Assembly: GCA_964016885.1 (NCBI GenBank) | Contig: OZ024747.1 | Span: 79,918,001-79,982,000 of the forward strand | Source of the DNA: Eledone cirrhosa | Taxonomy: Eukaryota | Direction: 5' to 3' | Length of the DNA: 64,000 nt | Shown: positions 12,207 through 25,500 of the stretch, piece by piece | Layout of the letters: every line of letters starts with the position of its first letter | Numbering within the stretch: position 1 is the stretch's first letter | The notes under the pieces: model-generated | What the model was told of the DNA's origin: nothing | Seen by the model: only the letters and a program-made list of their open reading frames with translations | Database searches by the model: none | Program-made: the position numbers and the translations under genes

Positions 12207-12336
12207 ATTTTGATCATGCTTTATTTTTATTTTTATCTTTATTTTTTTATTTTTTCATTTGCACCGTTTCCTTTCGCTATATATCTCTCCACCACTCCCC
12301 TACACACCCTTTGAACTCTGTTCCCACACACTTCTC

Positions 12337-12368
12337 GCCCGAGGAAGGGCTTATGCCCGAAACGTCGT
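12337..12368 (+). ncRNA. Minimal PLE-type hammerhead motif
   Basis: CCGAGGA-A-GGGC-TTAT-GCCC-GAAACGTC; stem I weak; AATAAA downstream; island 12200-12458 is TA-flanked. Confidence 0.55.
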
Positions 12369-12456
12369 CCCCCACCAACGCCCCACTCTCCAGAGCGTGA
12401 AATTAATAAACATTCGTTGTACTGCCTCTCTGTTTTGTCCCTGTTCAAATTTTTCC

Positions 12457-12573
<117 letters not shown>

Positions 12574-12724
12574 GTATATTTTCAATTTGTCAAGCTGTCT
12601 AAACGTATGTTATTACTCTAAGGCCCGACCTTATTGAGTGCTTTGCTGCTCATTCCTAGTTGTAGGTCGTTTTGTTTGGCCACAGCCAAAGCTTCAATTT
12701 TACTAAGCTTCCACTTGTATACAC

Positions 12725-12878
<154 letters not shown>

Positions 12879-13784
12879 GCACACACACACACACGCGCGC
12901 ACATATATATATTATATATATATATGGTTGTCAAGCATGAAATTTGTAGAAATTTATAGAAAAAAAAAGAAATTTATACAAATTTCATACTTGACGACCC
13001 ACTATACTATATATATATAGATAGATAAATAGATATGTGTGTGTGTGTATGTATATAATTTGTGTGTGCGTGTGTATGTGTGTGTGTGTGTGTGTATCCA
13101 TATAATATATGTGTATTAGTATATTGCATGCCCGATAACTATTTTTGAATTTTATACTTAAAATATAATTAACTTTCTGTTCTCTTATAAGACATTGTGT
13201 GTGTGTGTGTGTATTTCCATACAAACACACAAACACACACACACTCACACACACACTCACACACACACACGCAGACGCACACACACAGAGACACACACAC
13301 ATACACACACATACAGACACACATACACACAAACAAACACACACACACACATATACGCCTAAATACTCGCACACACACAAACACATACACAGACACACTC
13401 ACACACACAAACACACAATCACACACACGTACGCGCCTAAATATTCGCACACATATACACATGCATATGTATTTTAGGAGGTCTGCTGAACCCTTCACAT
13501 ATTAAAGTAGTCACGGTGTATAAATATGATGAAAATCCAAAGCAGACGACAACGTCTAAACTGTATAAACTGTATTTATATAAGCGGCTGTTTAACTTCA
13601 GTTATTTTCAAGCTTTAGCTTTTGTGACGGTTGATAAAGTAATATAAGGATATGCATCAGTTAATCTGTATGGAAGACAGGAGAGAGAGATTTACATTGA
13701 ATTGGTCGATCGAATAATAATATAGAAGGGATATATCAACGTTAATTCACCAAATAAATATAAAAGTGTGTCGTGTGGTATGTA

Positions 13785-13824
<40 letters not shown>

Positions 13825-13839
13825 AATCTCTCTCTCTCT

Positions 13840-13914
<75 letters not shown>

Positions 13915-13985
13915 TATAGATACACACACACGCACTCACACACATATATATATATATATATACACATATAAATCTCTCTCTCTCT

Positions 13986-14022
<37 letters not shown>

Positions 14023-14036
14023 CACATATCTATCTA

Positions 14037-14071
<35 letters not shown>

Positions 14072-14227
14072 TTATATAAATATATATTTATATATATATA
14101 TATGTTACGCACACATATTTTATGTCTGCGTGTGTATGTATGTATATGTATATATATATGTATATATATATATATGTATATATATGTGTGTATGTGTGTG
14201 TGTGTGTGTGTGTGTGTCTGTGTGTGT

Positions 14228-14276
<49 letters not shown>

Positions 14277-14529
14277 TGTGTGTGCGTATGCGTGTGCGTG
14301 TGTGTGTGTATGTGTGTATTGGAGAGTTGTGAATAACTTCAAAGGTTGTGTCTAGGCGGGTGGAGGTCGTTTGTAACGGATGGCTCTTGTATTTTCTATT
14401 GACAACTATTTCTAATTTCTTCATTTTGGTTATTTCAAACAGAGAATCGCATCGTTAGATTTCCACCCTCTATTATCATTATTGCTGCTGTTCTGGATGC
14501 TGTCGTTGTTATTATTATTGATATTATAC

Positions 14530-15100
14530 GGTGGTGGACTGGCAGAAACGGTAGAGCGTCGGGTACCATGCTTTATGGCATAGAGTTACAGCCCTTTATG
14601 ATCTGGGTTCAAATCCCGCCGAGGTTAGCTTTGCCTTTCACTCTTACGAGGTCGATAAAATAAAGTACCAGTAACACAATGGGGTCGATTTAATCAAATT
14701 TCTCCTCCCCATCACACATTGTTGGCCTTGTGCTTAAATCAGAAACCATTATTATATAAAATGGTGGATTAGCAGAGATATTAGAGTCTTGGACAAAATG
14801 CTCTCCGACAATTGTTTCGGCTTCTTTAGATTCTGAGTCCAAATCTACCGGGCTAACCTTCGCCTTTAATCATTCTGGGGTCCATAAAATAAAGTACCAG
14901 TTATGTACTGGAATTGATTTAATCACAACTCACCGCTCTAAAAAAAATTGCTGGTCTTGTTCCTAAATTTGAAATTATTATTATATTGCATTTCATTTTC
15001 CCGTAGTCAATAAAATAAAGTATCAGTTATGTACTGAGGTCTATACGATCAACTTTCCTCTTTAACCACATTGCTGGTCTTGTGCCAAAAGTAGAAACAA
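14530..15100 (+). mobile_element. Tandem tRNA-derived SINEs (family A; two full-length plus a fragment)
   Basis: TGGCAGAA..GTAGAGC A-box, GGTTCAAATCCCGCCGAGGT B-box and CTTTGCCTTTCA..GTCGATAAAATAAAGTACCAGT body; ATT tails. Confidence 0.8.
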
Positions 15101-15611
15101 TTATTGCTGCTGCTGCTGCTATTGTTGTTGTTGTTGATATTGTCGTTTTGGAATCTTATTTTAAGCTTCAGAAAGAGCAAGCCAATTTCAATATCTAATT
15201 ATATAATTCATTTTATTTGAAGAGAATTTATTTGCCAATAGAAGAGTAAAAACAAAAAAAAACAATGAAAAAATATTGATACCATTATTTTGTCATTTTG
15301 AACGTATCCTCGATTATTATTATTATTATAAAATAAAGTACCAGTAATGTACTGGGTATTTGCTGGCCTTGTGCCTAAAGTAGAAACAATTATTATTATT
15401 ATCATTAAATGCCATGGTTGACGGAGGCTCGGCTCTGTAAGGTATTGTAATTTTTAACCGCTATAACAATTGTAAATTGTTTAAAACTTGAACCAAATTG
15501 TATATAAAAACACCCTCCTCCTCGTGAGAGGGGTCTTTCTGCCCGTTATTTGGCCCTTCGGCGTTAAATAACCGCTTATTGAGGTTTTGTGCCCAATATT
15601 TATTTACGGAC

Positions 15612-15795
15612 CACCCCATAAAAAACGAGCCCCCAAATAAAAAACGGACCCCACCCCCACCCCCCATCCCACCCCTCCCCACCCCCAAATAAAAAACGGA
15701 CCACCCCCATAGCACCCCCAAATAAAAAAATGGACCCCCCACCCATCCACAAATAAAAAACGAACCCCCCATCCCACCACCAAATAAAAACCGCC
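15612..15795. repeat. CCCCAAATAAAAAACGGACC-type minisatellite
   Basis: About 6 degenerate units. Confidence 0.7.
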
Positions 15796-15797
15796 TC

Positions 15798-15930
15798 GAT
15801 AACCAAAGATGTGGGTTCGACTCCCAAGTACGTCAATACTCATCTTTTTCCATCTCTCCGAGGGTTCTTAACCCCACTATCAGGCTAAATAATTTTCTTT
15901 AATTTCTTTAGTCAAAATACGGTGATAGCT
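15798..15930 (+). mobile_element. 5'-truncated copy of the tRNA-like island family
   Basis: GATAACCAAAGATGTGGGTTCGACTCCCA.GTACGTCAATACTCATCTTTTTCCAT matches 9749-9805; ends ATACGGTGATAGCT like the 9560 arm. Confidence 0.8.
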
Positions 15931-16651
15931 TACATTTATAATTTCAAACTCGCTCGATAATCAACTGTAACCTTTCCCTTGAAATGTGCCACAGGGGGCA
16001 GGGGGGTAGATAGGGGGGGGGGGGTGTCATTGCTGAAATAAATAGCTAAGTAGCTAAATGATAAAAGGTGGCAGATATCAGAATCGATAGAAAAGATGAG
16101 ACAAAATGGTCAGCAGTATTTCGTAACAATTTCTTAAAATTCTGAGCTTATGTCTATGTGTGTGCATGTGTATGTATGTGTGTGTGTGTGTGCTTGTCTG
16201 TGTGTGTGTGTGTAGGTCTATGTGTCTGCGTGTGTGTGTATGTATGTGTGTGTACTTGTGTGTTTGTGTATGTGTGTTTGTTTGTGTATGTGTGTGTTTG
16301 TGTAGGTCTATGTGTGTGTGCTTGTGTGTGTGTGTTTGTGTATGTATGTGTGTGTGTTTGTGTAGGTCTATGTGTATGTATGTATGTGTGTGTGTTTGTG
16401 TGTGTGTGTTAGTGTATGTGTGTGTTTGTGTAGGTCTATGTGTGTGCATGTATATGTGTATGTAATAAATATTCGCTTCTTATGATGAGAATTAGAAATC
16501 CTTACTCAATGTGAAATCAATAAGTTAAGAATGGAGTCCCATTGAGATTGTCTAACACATTTATTTCATGTTGGATCTCTGTTTCACACAATAGGCCTGT
16601 ACTGAGGATTTACTCTCGTTTTTTGAAGGGTTTTAATGCATCATATTTTAT

Positions 16652-17063
16652 ATTTTGAAGGGTTTAATATATCACACATACAGTATCTTTTGAAGGGTTT
16701 AATATATCACACATACAGTATATTTTGAAGGGTTTAATATATCACACATACAGTATCTTTTGAAGGGTTTAATATATCACACATACTGTATCTTTTGAAG
16801 GGGTTAATATATCACACATACAATATCTTTTGAAGGGGCTTAATATATCACACATACAGTATCTTTTGAAGGGTTTAATATATCACATATACAGTATCTT
16901 TTGAAGGGGTTAATATATCACACATACAGTATTTTTTGAAGGGTTTAATATATCACACATACAGTATCTTTTGAAGGGTTTAATATATCACACATACAGT
17001 ATCTTTTGAAGGGTTTAATATATCACACATACTGTATCTTTTGAAGGGGTTAATATATCACAC
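16652..17063. repeat. 35-bp minisatellite
   Basis: TTTTGAAGGGTTTAATATATCACACATACAGTATC, about 12 copies. Confidence 0.9.
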
Positions 17064-17064
17064 A

Positions 17065-19971
17065 AACGGACTAGTTAAGCGGTCGTTGACGGGGTCATCG
17101 TCAACAACAAGTGGTGGTTTGCTATGAAAAGAGCGATTAGAATAGAATCCATTAGGTTTAGTAAGGCTTTAGCAATAGAGAAAAATAGAGCAGAGGGAGA
17201 ATTAGTTAGAAAATTAGACGAGCTTAGCAAAGGCATCGCGACCGACGTACTTGCGGCGAAATTGGCCCTTTACCAATTCTTCAATGCAAAGCACGAAGGC
17301 TGCGTTGTCAGAGCTAGGGTGCGTGCTCTCAGACACGAGGGGACGAAAGCCGTTCAATTGGCCCGAGTGGCGGAGGCGCGTCGTGGCAACAAAACCACGA
17401 TCCGGTCTTTGGTGGACCACGACGGGCGCATGCTACTCGATCCCGGGCAAATGTGTGAAGCTTTCCAGCGACACTTCGCCCAGCTGTTCGGGGGGCAGCG
17501 GCGGGCCGAATCGAGGGATGGACTTTTGTGTCTACCTCGACGGACTGCCGCGGCTCTCGGCCACTGAGGCGGAGTATTGCGAAAAGCCGATAACAGCCGC
17601 TGAAGTACGGGAGGCAATGACTGGTTTCACAATGGCTGGTTTGGATGGTCTGCCCTATGAACTTTACGTACAGATGCCAGACTTGTTCGGAGGCCTCTTG
17701 GCGGACGTCTACTGCAACTGGCAACAGAACGGGAGAATTCCCAGCTCTGTGAGCCGAGGAGCTGTGGCGCTGCTGAGAAAGGATCCGAACAAGGGGGATA
17801 ACAGATAATTTCAGGTCCATAACTCTGCTAAACATAGAGTTCAAGATTTTGGCCAAGGTGCTAGCAAAGAGGTTGGTGCTTGTCGTTGGTGGTCTGGTGG
17901 GAGAGGCGCAGACGTGCGCCATTCCCGACAGATCCATCCACGACAACCTCCACCTCATGCGATACATCGTAGAGAGGGTAACTAGGGAACCTGGCACGGG
18001 TGGGTCCTTGATCAATTTAGATCAGTAGAAAGCTTTCGATAGGGTCGACCATCGTTACCTAGCGGCAGTCCTGAGAGCGGCTGGCTTTGGGCCCGTCTTC
18101 AGAGGCTGGATCGCTGCCATGCACAGCGACATCTGCTCTGTGGTGAGAGTGAACGGTCACCTTTCGGAACTGTTCAACATCATGCGCTCGGTCCGCCAAG
18201 GATGTCCCCTCTCGTCCCTCTTGTACGTATTGACTCTCGAGCCATTACTGCACAAACTGGAGACGTTGAGAGGGGTCCCGCACGAACTAGGATGCGGAAG
18301 ATCCGTGTCAGCATATGCGGACGATGTCACTGTAGTGGTGTCGAACGCCAAACACATCGAGGCGATCGGCACTACACTAAGAGAATACGAAGCGATGACA
18401 GGAGCAATGATCAACCAGGAAAAGTCAGTGGGCCTGCAGCTCGGCACCTGGAGAGGCAGGTCCATGCCGTCCAGCAGCGTCGTCGGGCGCTGGACGGACG
18501 GACCGGTTAAATTGCTCGGGGTCTGGTTCGGTCCGGATCTCCAGACGGACAAAAACTGGGACGAGCTGACGAGCAGGGTGGCTTCTCTCACCCAGAAATG
18601 GGCCGAGAGGAAGCTATCCCTGAAAGGTCGAGCGGAGGTGGCTAACGCGTATATCGTGTATGTCATCTCCTACCGCCTGACCGTCGTACCTTGTCCTAAG
18701 CCCCGCCTGACTGCGCTGGAGCGTTTGCTCTTTCGCTTTTTGTGGAAGGGACGCGCTCCGATGGTCAGGCGGTCCATCTGCTGTCAACACCCGCTACGTG
18801 GAAGGCTGGGGATGCCGTGGCTGATGATGCGCAGACACGCGCTCAGGCTACGACATCTCCACCTCTTCCTCGACGGTGATCAGGTGTGGTCGCCGTTTGC
18901 TAGACGCGTCTTTCCCCAGCTCGTCTCCTTGACGGAGCTGCAGTCCTGGGTCAAGCGAAGACCGAGAGGGAGCGCTTGGAGACTGGAATGTCTTCAGGCG
19001 CTCACAGCCCTCGACCAATCGGGCAATGTGATCGGTGGAAACTCCACCTTGGTGTTCTATAGAGGATTAGTGGAGAGGAAGAGCGACGACGTACTTGGGG
19101 AAACTCTAGGCGTCGACGAAAATCAACTAGCCAATCTCTTCGGAAGAACTTTCGGGCCGGGGCCTATGGACAACTTCCAGAAATCCCTGGCCTGGCAGTG
19201 CTACCGAGGAGCTTTGCCAGTTCGGCATAAACTCTACAGGCATGGAGGTGCCGTCAGCCGGGCATGTCCGAGATGCGCGCAGGGCGACGAAACCGTCCTG
19301 CACGCACTCGTCCAGTGCCCGAGCATTGCTGACTTGTGGGTTTATGTCGAACACCTGCTGTCGCGTGTAGGACGGATCCAGCTATCAGCTGAGTCCATCG
19401 TGAGGATTGCCCCGCCCTCTTCCTTTAGCCGGGAAGGGCAGGCAGTTTTTATCTGTCTGGTGGCCATGGCGAAAGAGATAGTATGGTGGACACGTTTGAA
19501 AGGGCTGAAGACGAGCACTTACCTCTTCGGTGATGTCCTGATTAACTTTTTCAAATTTCATTTGAAAAGGAAAATCAGGGTAGAAAGGGAAGTGCTCTCT
19601 TCCCAGCATTTTGTTGAAAGATGGGTGAGAGAGGCAAGAATGGCCCGAGTGAATGGACCTACTCTGAGTATGTGTTTGTAAATTAAAGGTGGAAAACTGG
19701 GAGAGGGCACTTGCTCTGGTGGTCAGGGTCACTGTGGCTTTTTAATGGGCTTTCTCCACGAATGTCCCTCGGAAGTCTCCCCCCTATTGAGGAATTTTTT
19801 CATTGTTCTATTATTACATCCTTTGTTTCTTGTTTTTTACACGCAGAAATGCTCATTTGTACCGTTCTGTATTGTCCTGTACTGTCCTTAATGTCTACTT
19901 TATGTAAACCCTTGTGGGTAATAAAGAAAGCATTATTATTATTATTATTATTATTATTGTTATTATTATTT
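17065..19971 (+). mobile_element. 5'-truncated L1-clade (Tx1-like) LINE with disrupted ORF2
   Basis: GLDGLPYE, FRSITLLN, DQ*KAFDRV (TAG at ~18026), QGCPLS, YADD and CPRC..ETVLHALVQC zinc motif; frameshifts near 17500 and 17805; AATAAA then a (TTA)n tail. Confidence 0.9.
17124..19681 (+). pseudogene. LINE ORF2 reverse transcriptase / zinc-finger pseudogene
   Basis: Spread over ORFs 17124-17567, 17251-17808 and 18119-19681. Confidence 0.85.
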
Positions 19972-19972
19972 A

Positions 19973-20160
19973 AGGCGGCGGACTGACAGAAGCATTGGAG
20001 CGTCGGACAAACCTCTTGTGGTTTTTCAGTTATGGCTCATTACGCCGAGGTCAACTTTGTCTTTCATCCTTATGGGGTCGATAAAGAAAAGCCCCAGTAA
20101 TGTACTGATGTCAATTTACTCGACTTTTCTCTCTATCAAATTTCAAAGGCTGGAAAGGAT
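19973..20160 (+). mobile_element. SINE family A copy
   Basis: GGCGGCGGACTGACAGAAGC head; CGCCGAGGTCAACTTTGTCTTTCATCC..GTCGATAAA body. Confidence 0.75.
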
Positions 20161-20386
20161 TATTATGTTCTGATCAAAATAAAATATTTAACATCGAGTT
20201 CCGTGGATGAAATAAAATATTGCTCCCCCCCCCCCCCCCCGACATCTTTTTACGTTTAATATGTAAAATAAATAAAGAGAACTCTTTAATCAATGAAGTT
20301 GAACCAATGTTTTCGGTTGTAATAGACACTTGTTTTGCTACTGATTTCATTCACACTCACAGATCAGCTTCTATTCAAATTCAATT

Positions 20387-20447
<61 letters not shown>

Positions 20448-20472
20448 CACAGACACACAGACAGACACACAT

Positions 20473-20559
<87 letters not shown>

Positions 20560-20594
20560 TGTGAGAAAAACCACAGACCCTCCATCTCAACTCA

Positions 20595-20632
20595 CCTTTT
20601 GAAAAGCAGAAGAACTGCGAAACCGGTAAAGG
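20595..20632 (+). ncRNA. Minimal hammerhead, U3-A8 core variant
   Basis: CCTT-TTGAAAA-GCAG-AAGAA-CTGC-GAAAC-CG-GTA-AAGG; lies in TA-flanked island 20558-20781, homologous to 46144-46270. Confidence 0.7.
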
Positions 20633-20775
20633 AACCAAATAAATATATATATTTAAAAAAAAAAAAAAAAAAAAAATGAGACTCCAGTTGCATTTTCGAT
20701 TTCATCTCTTTTTCTTTATACTTTCACTCGTGTAGGACACCTCGGTTATTTTTCATTTTGTAAAAAAAACCTCAC

Positions 20776-20869
<94 letters not shown>

Positions 20870-21006
20870 GTATATAAGGGAGAGGATTAGGAGTGTGTAA
20901 CACTCCACTTATCCAATAGGCAGTATAAGGTTAGCTCGATGTCTGAGGACAGAGCCGTAATATAATTAACAACAAAGAACGCTTAGAACATAGGTATATC
21001 TTTAAT

Positions 21007-21052
21007 TGCTAACAGTGTTTCGTCCACACTATAAGTGGGACTCATCAGAGCA
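21007..21052 (-). ncRNA. Minimal type I hammerhead ribozyme
   Basis: Minus: TGCT-CTGATGA-GTCC..GGAC-GAAAC-ACT-GTT-AGCA. Confidence 0.8.
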
Positions 21053-21253
21053 TAAAGAGTGAGTACATATTACACAAGCATTAACAAAGCCAAGACAGAA
21101 GAATATATATGGGGATGCCATAAGTTGGGAGGAGTTTAAAGAGTAGAGTGAATAGAGTGAGATAGTGTAGAAAATAAAATTGGAGGATAAAGAATAGTAA
21201 AAAGTAAAAAATAAACATTGAAGAAATAAAAAATAAACATTGAAAAATAAGCA

Positions 21254-21394
21254 TTGAAAAATGTCTCGAATAGGAGGGTTCTAAATGCCGGTGAAATGAA
21301 CCAGCAGGGTACCATTAGTCTAAGTAATAGCAATGGTAGGCCCCGCAGCTCCCCGCATAAATTAGGTGAACATAGTAACCGTAGAAATAATAAT

Positions 21395-21441
<47 letters not shown>

Positions 21442-22163
21442 TAGAAATAAAAAGAATAGAAGAAGATTGAATACATATTTCAACCCCCCTTTTAACTCTG
21501 AAGTGGCTACAAATATTCCTAGGGCCTTCTTCTCTGTGTTAGAAAGGAACTTCCCTCCTGGTAATAGGTACCACTCTATCCTCAATAAGAATGTTGTTAA
21601 ACTTTCGTATTCTACAACCCAAAATCTGGCCTCTCATCTAGCCAATAATAATAATAAGAAAATTAAGGAAGGCCTGGACAACCTAAGCCTAGGGGAAAAC
21701 ACTGTAGTGGACAGAGAGAGCCTGGACACACGTGGTCAGCAAGCTGGTGATCATTCTGAGAATAGCATCACCAGAAATTGTAACTGTAGAAGGGCTTCGG
21801 GCTGCCCCCTGAATGGTTTCTGCCTTAGAAACATAGTTTACGCGTGTGATGTGGTAACTACAGCGTCCACTAAAACTTATATAGGATCAACTTCCACCCA
21901 CTTTAAGACCAGGTTTAACTCTCACCAGTGCACTTTTAGACACAATAAACTGAGGAATTCCACCTCCTTGGCAGCGTACGTCCACAACTTAAAAAATGCA
22001 CGAACACATTACACCCTCACTTGGAGTATGTAACCTATGCCTTACTGAATCCCACTCTATTATATTTGCTAAATGCTCTCTACTAAACAGAAAGTCAGAA
22101 ATATTTTCCTCTTGCCCCCACCGAATATTAAGCTCTTTCTTCTACTTTAAACCTATTAGCTAG
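21254..22163 (+). pseudogene. PLE linker plus GIY-YIG endonuclease fragment (same lineage as 60721-62458)
   Basis: YFNPPFNSEVATNI, CNCR..CPLNGFCL and IVY..YIGST..FKTRFNSH; after a deletion/frameshift at ~22028 it resumes CNLCLTE..LNRKSEIFSSCPHR. Confidence 0.85.
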
Positions 22164-23275
22164 CACTTTCTTAATTCTCCAGTTGGGCTATCTTGTGTAA
22201 CTGTCTCTTATTGTGTGTAATTGTTTCCTATTGTTTGTCTTCTATGTATATGAGTCTGTGTGTGTATATGTATGCCTGCGGGAGAATATTGATCTGGATA
22301 TTGAGGTGTACAGGTGAGTTGGTGTGTATGTTAATAAGCACCCCTGTTTGGCACAGTGGATGTGACCCATCCACGCTCGCCTAGCCACCCTTAGTGCATT
22401 GGTGGGTCTATCCCAACGTGTATTTTACGGATCTGTACCTCTGTATGCGCATGAGTTATGATGTAATATATCTATGTAGAGCGTGTACTGCGCTATAAGA
22501 TGCACAATTGATTTGGTTTTATTTAACCTGCCCTTCGTGTTTTATCTTATTTAGTTTACTTTAATCACCTTGTAGACTTGAAGTGGGCCAGTGACCTGTG
22601 CCCATTTGGGATGGAAATCTAGCCTGTAACTGTGAGCGGACCTGTGCCATCTCGCCGTGAGCAGTAGATACGTAGCACATGCACGTGTTACCCTCCTATT
22701 CTGTGGTTTAAGATCTACAGGCTGACTTCGGGGAGCTCTTGCCCGGTGTTGTAGTCTTTCTAGCACAATCGGCCTTCCATATATTGACGGTCGTTGTTAT
22801 TATCCCCAAAATAACGTTTTGGCCCCGATAGCCCTCCGTAGTTATTAACGGTCTGTTTACACTTGAATCGGGTGACTACACGTGGGGACATGCATCTCTT
22901 CGTAAGAATTTACTTTGATTAATTTTGCTGCATCTCCTCGTAAGATTTTATTTTGATTAATTTTGCTGGAAAAAAATATATTATCTGTGACCAGTGTGAG
23001 CGACTGTTGTGGGTTCTGCCTTTTGTTAGCCTGATAAGATATTTCTGTGTAATATATCCGCTTTGACCTGGGTGTCCTACGCTGTGTGTGTGTGCGTGTA
23101 TGTCTGTATATACATTTATATGTGTATGAGTGTAGGTGGTTATATATGTCTATATATAAATATATATATATATATACCGTCTCTGCTTATGCATGTGGTG
23201 TGTGTATATGTATATACGTACTAACCATATTGTTGTGTATATTCTTGGGATGCCTCAATGTTGTGATTTCATGGA

Positions 23276-23925
23276 TAGTGTTGTGTCTGCTGGGTGACTA
23301 GTGTGTGTTTATGTGCTTGTTGTTATTGTGCTTGTGTATGTATTTATTTATCTTATTTATCTTATTTATAAATACATACACAAGCACAATAACAACAAGC
23401 ACATAAACACACACTAGTCACCCAGCAGACACAACACTATACACACTAGTCACACAGCACACATAACACTATACACACACGCAAACGCATGCGCAAAGAA
23501 GACAAAATAAAATAAAATAAACAAACAAGCAAATAAATAAATAAATATATAGACAGACTGAATAAAAAAAAAAATGGCGTAGACATACAACACAACAGGA
23601 GGAAAAAATATAACACCACTGACGATGTTGCAGATGTGCAACGAAAGATTTATGTAAATTATGTAAACTATATATATGTGTTTGTGTCTATATTGTATCT
23701 GTATTATTTTTGACCGTCGGTCAGTCAATGGCAACATTGAGGACCGAGTAAGTTAGATCGCAGATATAAAAGACAGCGAGAAGCGAAAACCAACCAAACA
23801 GTGAGTGTGTTCTGTTATTAATTCTGGCAATATTACGCAAATATGACCCTCCCCAAGTATAACAATATCTGTTTCGACACACGATTTGATATAAAAAACC
23901 TCGCTAAACTAATTCATCGCCGCTA
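23276..23925 (+). mobile_element. Diverged pLTR of a relative of the 32734-40648 PLE, with an inverted 5' arm
   Basis: Arms 23276-23347 and 23369-23440; HHR at ~23616; the end encodes [22 protein letters not shown] from ATG 23843 and then runs into (TA)n. Confidence 0.8.
23616..23655 (+). ncRNA. Minimal hammerhead motif
   Basis: CTGACGA-T-GTTGCA-GATG-TGCAAC-GAAAG; positionally homologous to 40445; stem I weak. Confidence 0.6.
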
Positions 23926-24914
23926 TATATATACATATTGTATATATATATATATATTGTATATATATATACAATCTTGTTGACTAAAAAATAACAGTGA
24001 TTATACAAACGACACTATACTTTAGAAGGTCTGAAGAGTAATTTCCCAGTCGAAATTTACAGTGCTCGTCTATTCAATATTTAAATTCTATGTCTATACA
24101 ATCCCCATTTTGATACCATTCCTGTATGGTAAACAGTCGATTAATCTGTTGAAGTAAAGTCGATGCCTTCAGCATTTGAAGGCTAAACAGAAAAACCACA
24201 AATCTTCTATTCCGATGTTCCGTTCGTCTGAACAAATGCTATTATTTTCTTTTTCTTAACAATAGAAATAAATAAGGAAACATCACAGATGAATTTGCAA
24301 CAAAGGGCTGAGCTTCAGCTATACTTCAAATGCACCAATAGTGCCAACGGAAAAATATATGCATATAGTGAAAAGTGTCTAAATAAATATTGAGTAAAAC
24401 AGTTGCCAGTAAATATTTCTTACAAAGAAACACTATAAGAATGAAGAGAATTGCCTATTCGGATTTTCACTTGAACTTGACAAAGACTAAAATTTAATTA
24501 TATTCATTCATAAAGCTGACCCCAACTGGTACCGATTGAGGGTATATACATAATCTTTTATATTGGAAAGCAAATTAGGCTGCATGGCGTTTACATTTTA
24601 TTTTTCAAGAGCAATATTGAGATAAATAAAAGGAAGGGTTTTCAAAGGAGAATGTTTACAAAGCAATGGATTATGTTTTACAGGTACTTACCTCATTATA
24701 TTAGAAAACTGTTGAGTCAATTATATATACTTAAAATTTTGTGAATGCAGCATAGTCTCATGGATACGAAGTTCGCTTTGCAACATTAAGTCCCGAGTTA
24801 GATACCACTGAAAGTATTATTTGCCTTAGCCAGGGGCTGACCCATGCCATGTGAGTGAAACTGTAGATGGTAAATAGAACCTGTTTGGAAGCTCGTCTGA
24901 TGGACTCTACTTGG

Positions 24915-25150
24915 AATACAAAGGACCAGCCTTCTTACACAGTGTGTCGTGCTGAATCTTCCTGAGAATTACGTTAAGGGCACACATGCTAGTGGAATGC
25001 TCAAAGACTTGCATATTAATTTTATAAGCAGGCTTATTAATTGATGGAACAATTGGAACACTCATCGTCAAAACCAATGGAGATTCATTCTTTACTTTAG
25101 TAACCACATAACTTTGGAAAGAAGGGGTGGAATTGATTGAATCGACTACT
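24915..25150 (+). mobile_element. SINE family B 3' body fragment
   Basis: CCTGAGAATTACGTTAAGGGCACAC..GTGGAATGCTCA matches 53165-53210. Confidence 0.55.
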
Positions 25151-25179
25151 AAAAAAATACCCCCCCCCAAAAAAAAACA

Positions 25180-25500
25180 GGCATGACTGTGTGGTCAAGG
25201 AGTTGGCTTCGCCAGCAGGTGGCTTCGGGTTTAAACTCATCGCGTGGCAACTTAGGCAAGTGTCTTCTACTATAGTCCCAGATTGACCAATGCCTTATGA
25301 ATTTGGTAGACGCGTGCGTGTCCGTGTTTACGTTTACTGTATGTTTATGTGGTTCGACATAGCGGTTCGAGAAAAGGAGATTGATAAGATAAGACAAGTA
25401 CCAGATTTGAAAAAAAAATAAGCGACTGATGTCGATATGAACGACTAAATATATTCAAGGTGGTGCCCCAGCATGGCCGCAGTCAATTGATGGAAAAGAA
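25180..25500 (+). mobile_element. Degraded tRNA-derived SINE (family C)
   Basis: GGCATGACTGTGTGGTCAAGGAGTT head and GGCAAGTGTCTTCTACTATAG body; similar heads near 3895 and 24760. Confidence 0.55.

Noticed and set aside
14530-14640. SINE heads as genuine tRNA genes
   Set aside because: A/B boxes are present but there is no complete cloverleaf, and a shared SINE body follows
16652-17063. 35-bp repeats as a CRISPR array
   Set aside because: Head-to-tail units without unique spacers; eukaryotic context
17329-19732. Antisense ORFs over the LINE
   Set aside because: Shadows of GC-rich ORF2 with no independent motifs
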